This document shows positions 63,806-64,000 of a stretch of DNA of 64,000 nt, piece by piece; position 1 is the first letter of the stretch, and the number at the start of each line of letters is the position of its first letter. The stretch is taken from positions 678 to 64,677 of the forward strand of contig CAZDBH010000003.1 of assembly GCA_964503485.1 (NCBI GenBank), in the 5' to 3' direction. Below the pieces are notes generated by a model. It saw nothing but the letters and a program-made list of their open reading frames with translations, ran no database searches and was not told the origin of the DNA. Origin of the DNA: an uncultured Bradymonadales bacterium. Its GTDB lineage: Bacteria; Myxococcota_A; Bradymonadia; JAFGEP01. A program made the position numbers and the translations under genes.

Positions 63806-64000
63806 TGAAGGCGCTTCTTACTGCATTGATACTCGTAATCGCGTCTCTGGGCTGTGTTGCCACCGACGTGGGTAACCCCGCGCAGGAGGACGCAACTTCC
63901 TTGGAAGACTATAACGGTACCGGGCAGGACATGAGTTCCAGCATCGATGTTGGGCTCGACGAGTTCAACACCTCGGACGCCGGAGTCGAAGACACGAATT
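63806..64000 (+). CDS. Lipoprotein, 5' partial. The CDS continues beyond the window.
   Basis: MKALLTALILVIASLGC lipobox, 1 nt after the upstream stop. Confidence 0.4.

Noticed and set aside
1-64000. CRISPR arrays, rRNA, IS elements or integrases.
   Set aside because: No regularly spaced direct repeats of 25-40 bp, no DDE/tyrosine-recombinase-like ORFs and no rRNA-like conserved stretches were seen.

Overview
This is a high-GC window (about 60-65% GC, strong GC3 bias) that is almost entirely coding on both strands. I attribute it to a Myxococcota-type deltaproteobacterium, though the taxon is an inference. Housekeeping genes (dnaK 3' end, thiL, mnmG, pyrB, ftsY, a LeuA-family synthase, a NifS/IscS-like desulfurase, cyclophilin) are interspersed with signalling genes and a very large set of secreted and lipoprotein genes. 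Taxonomic cues are two MYXO-CTERM-like tails (Cys, Gly-rich, hydrophobic helix, then an R/K cluster), an MglA-family Ras-like GTPase, three MJ0042-type zinc-ribbon proteins, a Cys-rich repeat adhesin with PKD domains, and a Ser/Thr kinase fused to a STAND-type NTPase and TPR repeats.

The most interesting loci are:
(i) 2948-5828: a zinc-ribbon membrane protein, an MglA paralogue lacking MglB, and a Cys-rich-sensor histidine kinase, possibly completed by a distal RomR/FrzS-like pseudo-receiver at 12322-13772.
(ii) 7763-18014: a Ser/Thr kinase-STAND protein with a degenerate Walker A, a ClpV/ClpA-like double AAA+ ATPase with an unusually long N-region, and an FHA/zinc-ribbon protein.
(iii) 34368-35200: a 0.8 kb AT-rich island with GAATGG direct repeats, an imperfect palindrome and a plus-strand intrinsic terminator that lies inside the last codons of a 1218-aa adhesin gene.
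(iv) 42379-60707: a block of Cys-rich secreted hydrolases and lipoproteins.

The block in (iv) contains two alpha/beta hydrolases, a lipoprotein with four PPC domains, an M15/LAS-like lipoprotein, an M61 peptidase, a patatin-like phospholipase, a histone-H1-like KAPAKAKKA-repeat protein fused to a thioester-reductase-type domain, and a lipoprotein with HhH motifs plus a proprotein-convertase P-domain. No CRISPR array, rRNA, or convincing tRNA or transposase was seen. All domain calls come from motif recognition in the supplied translations, not from database searches.
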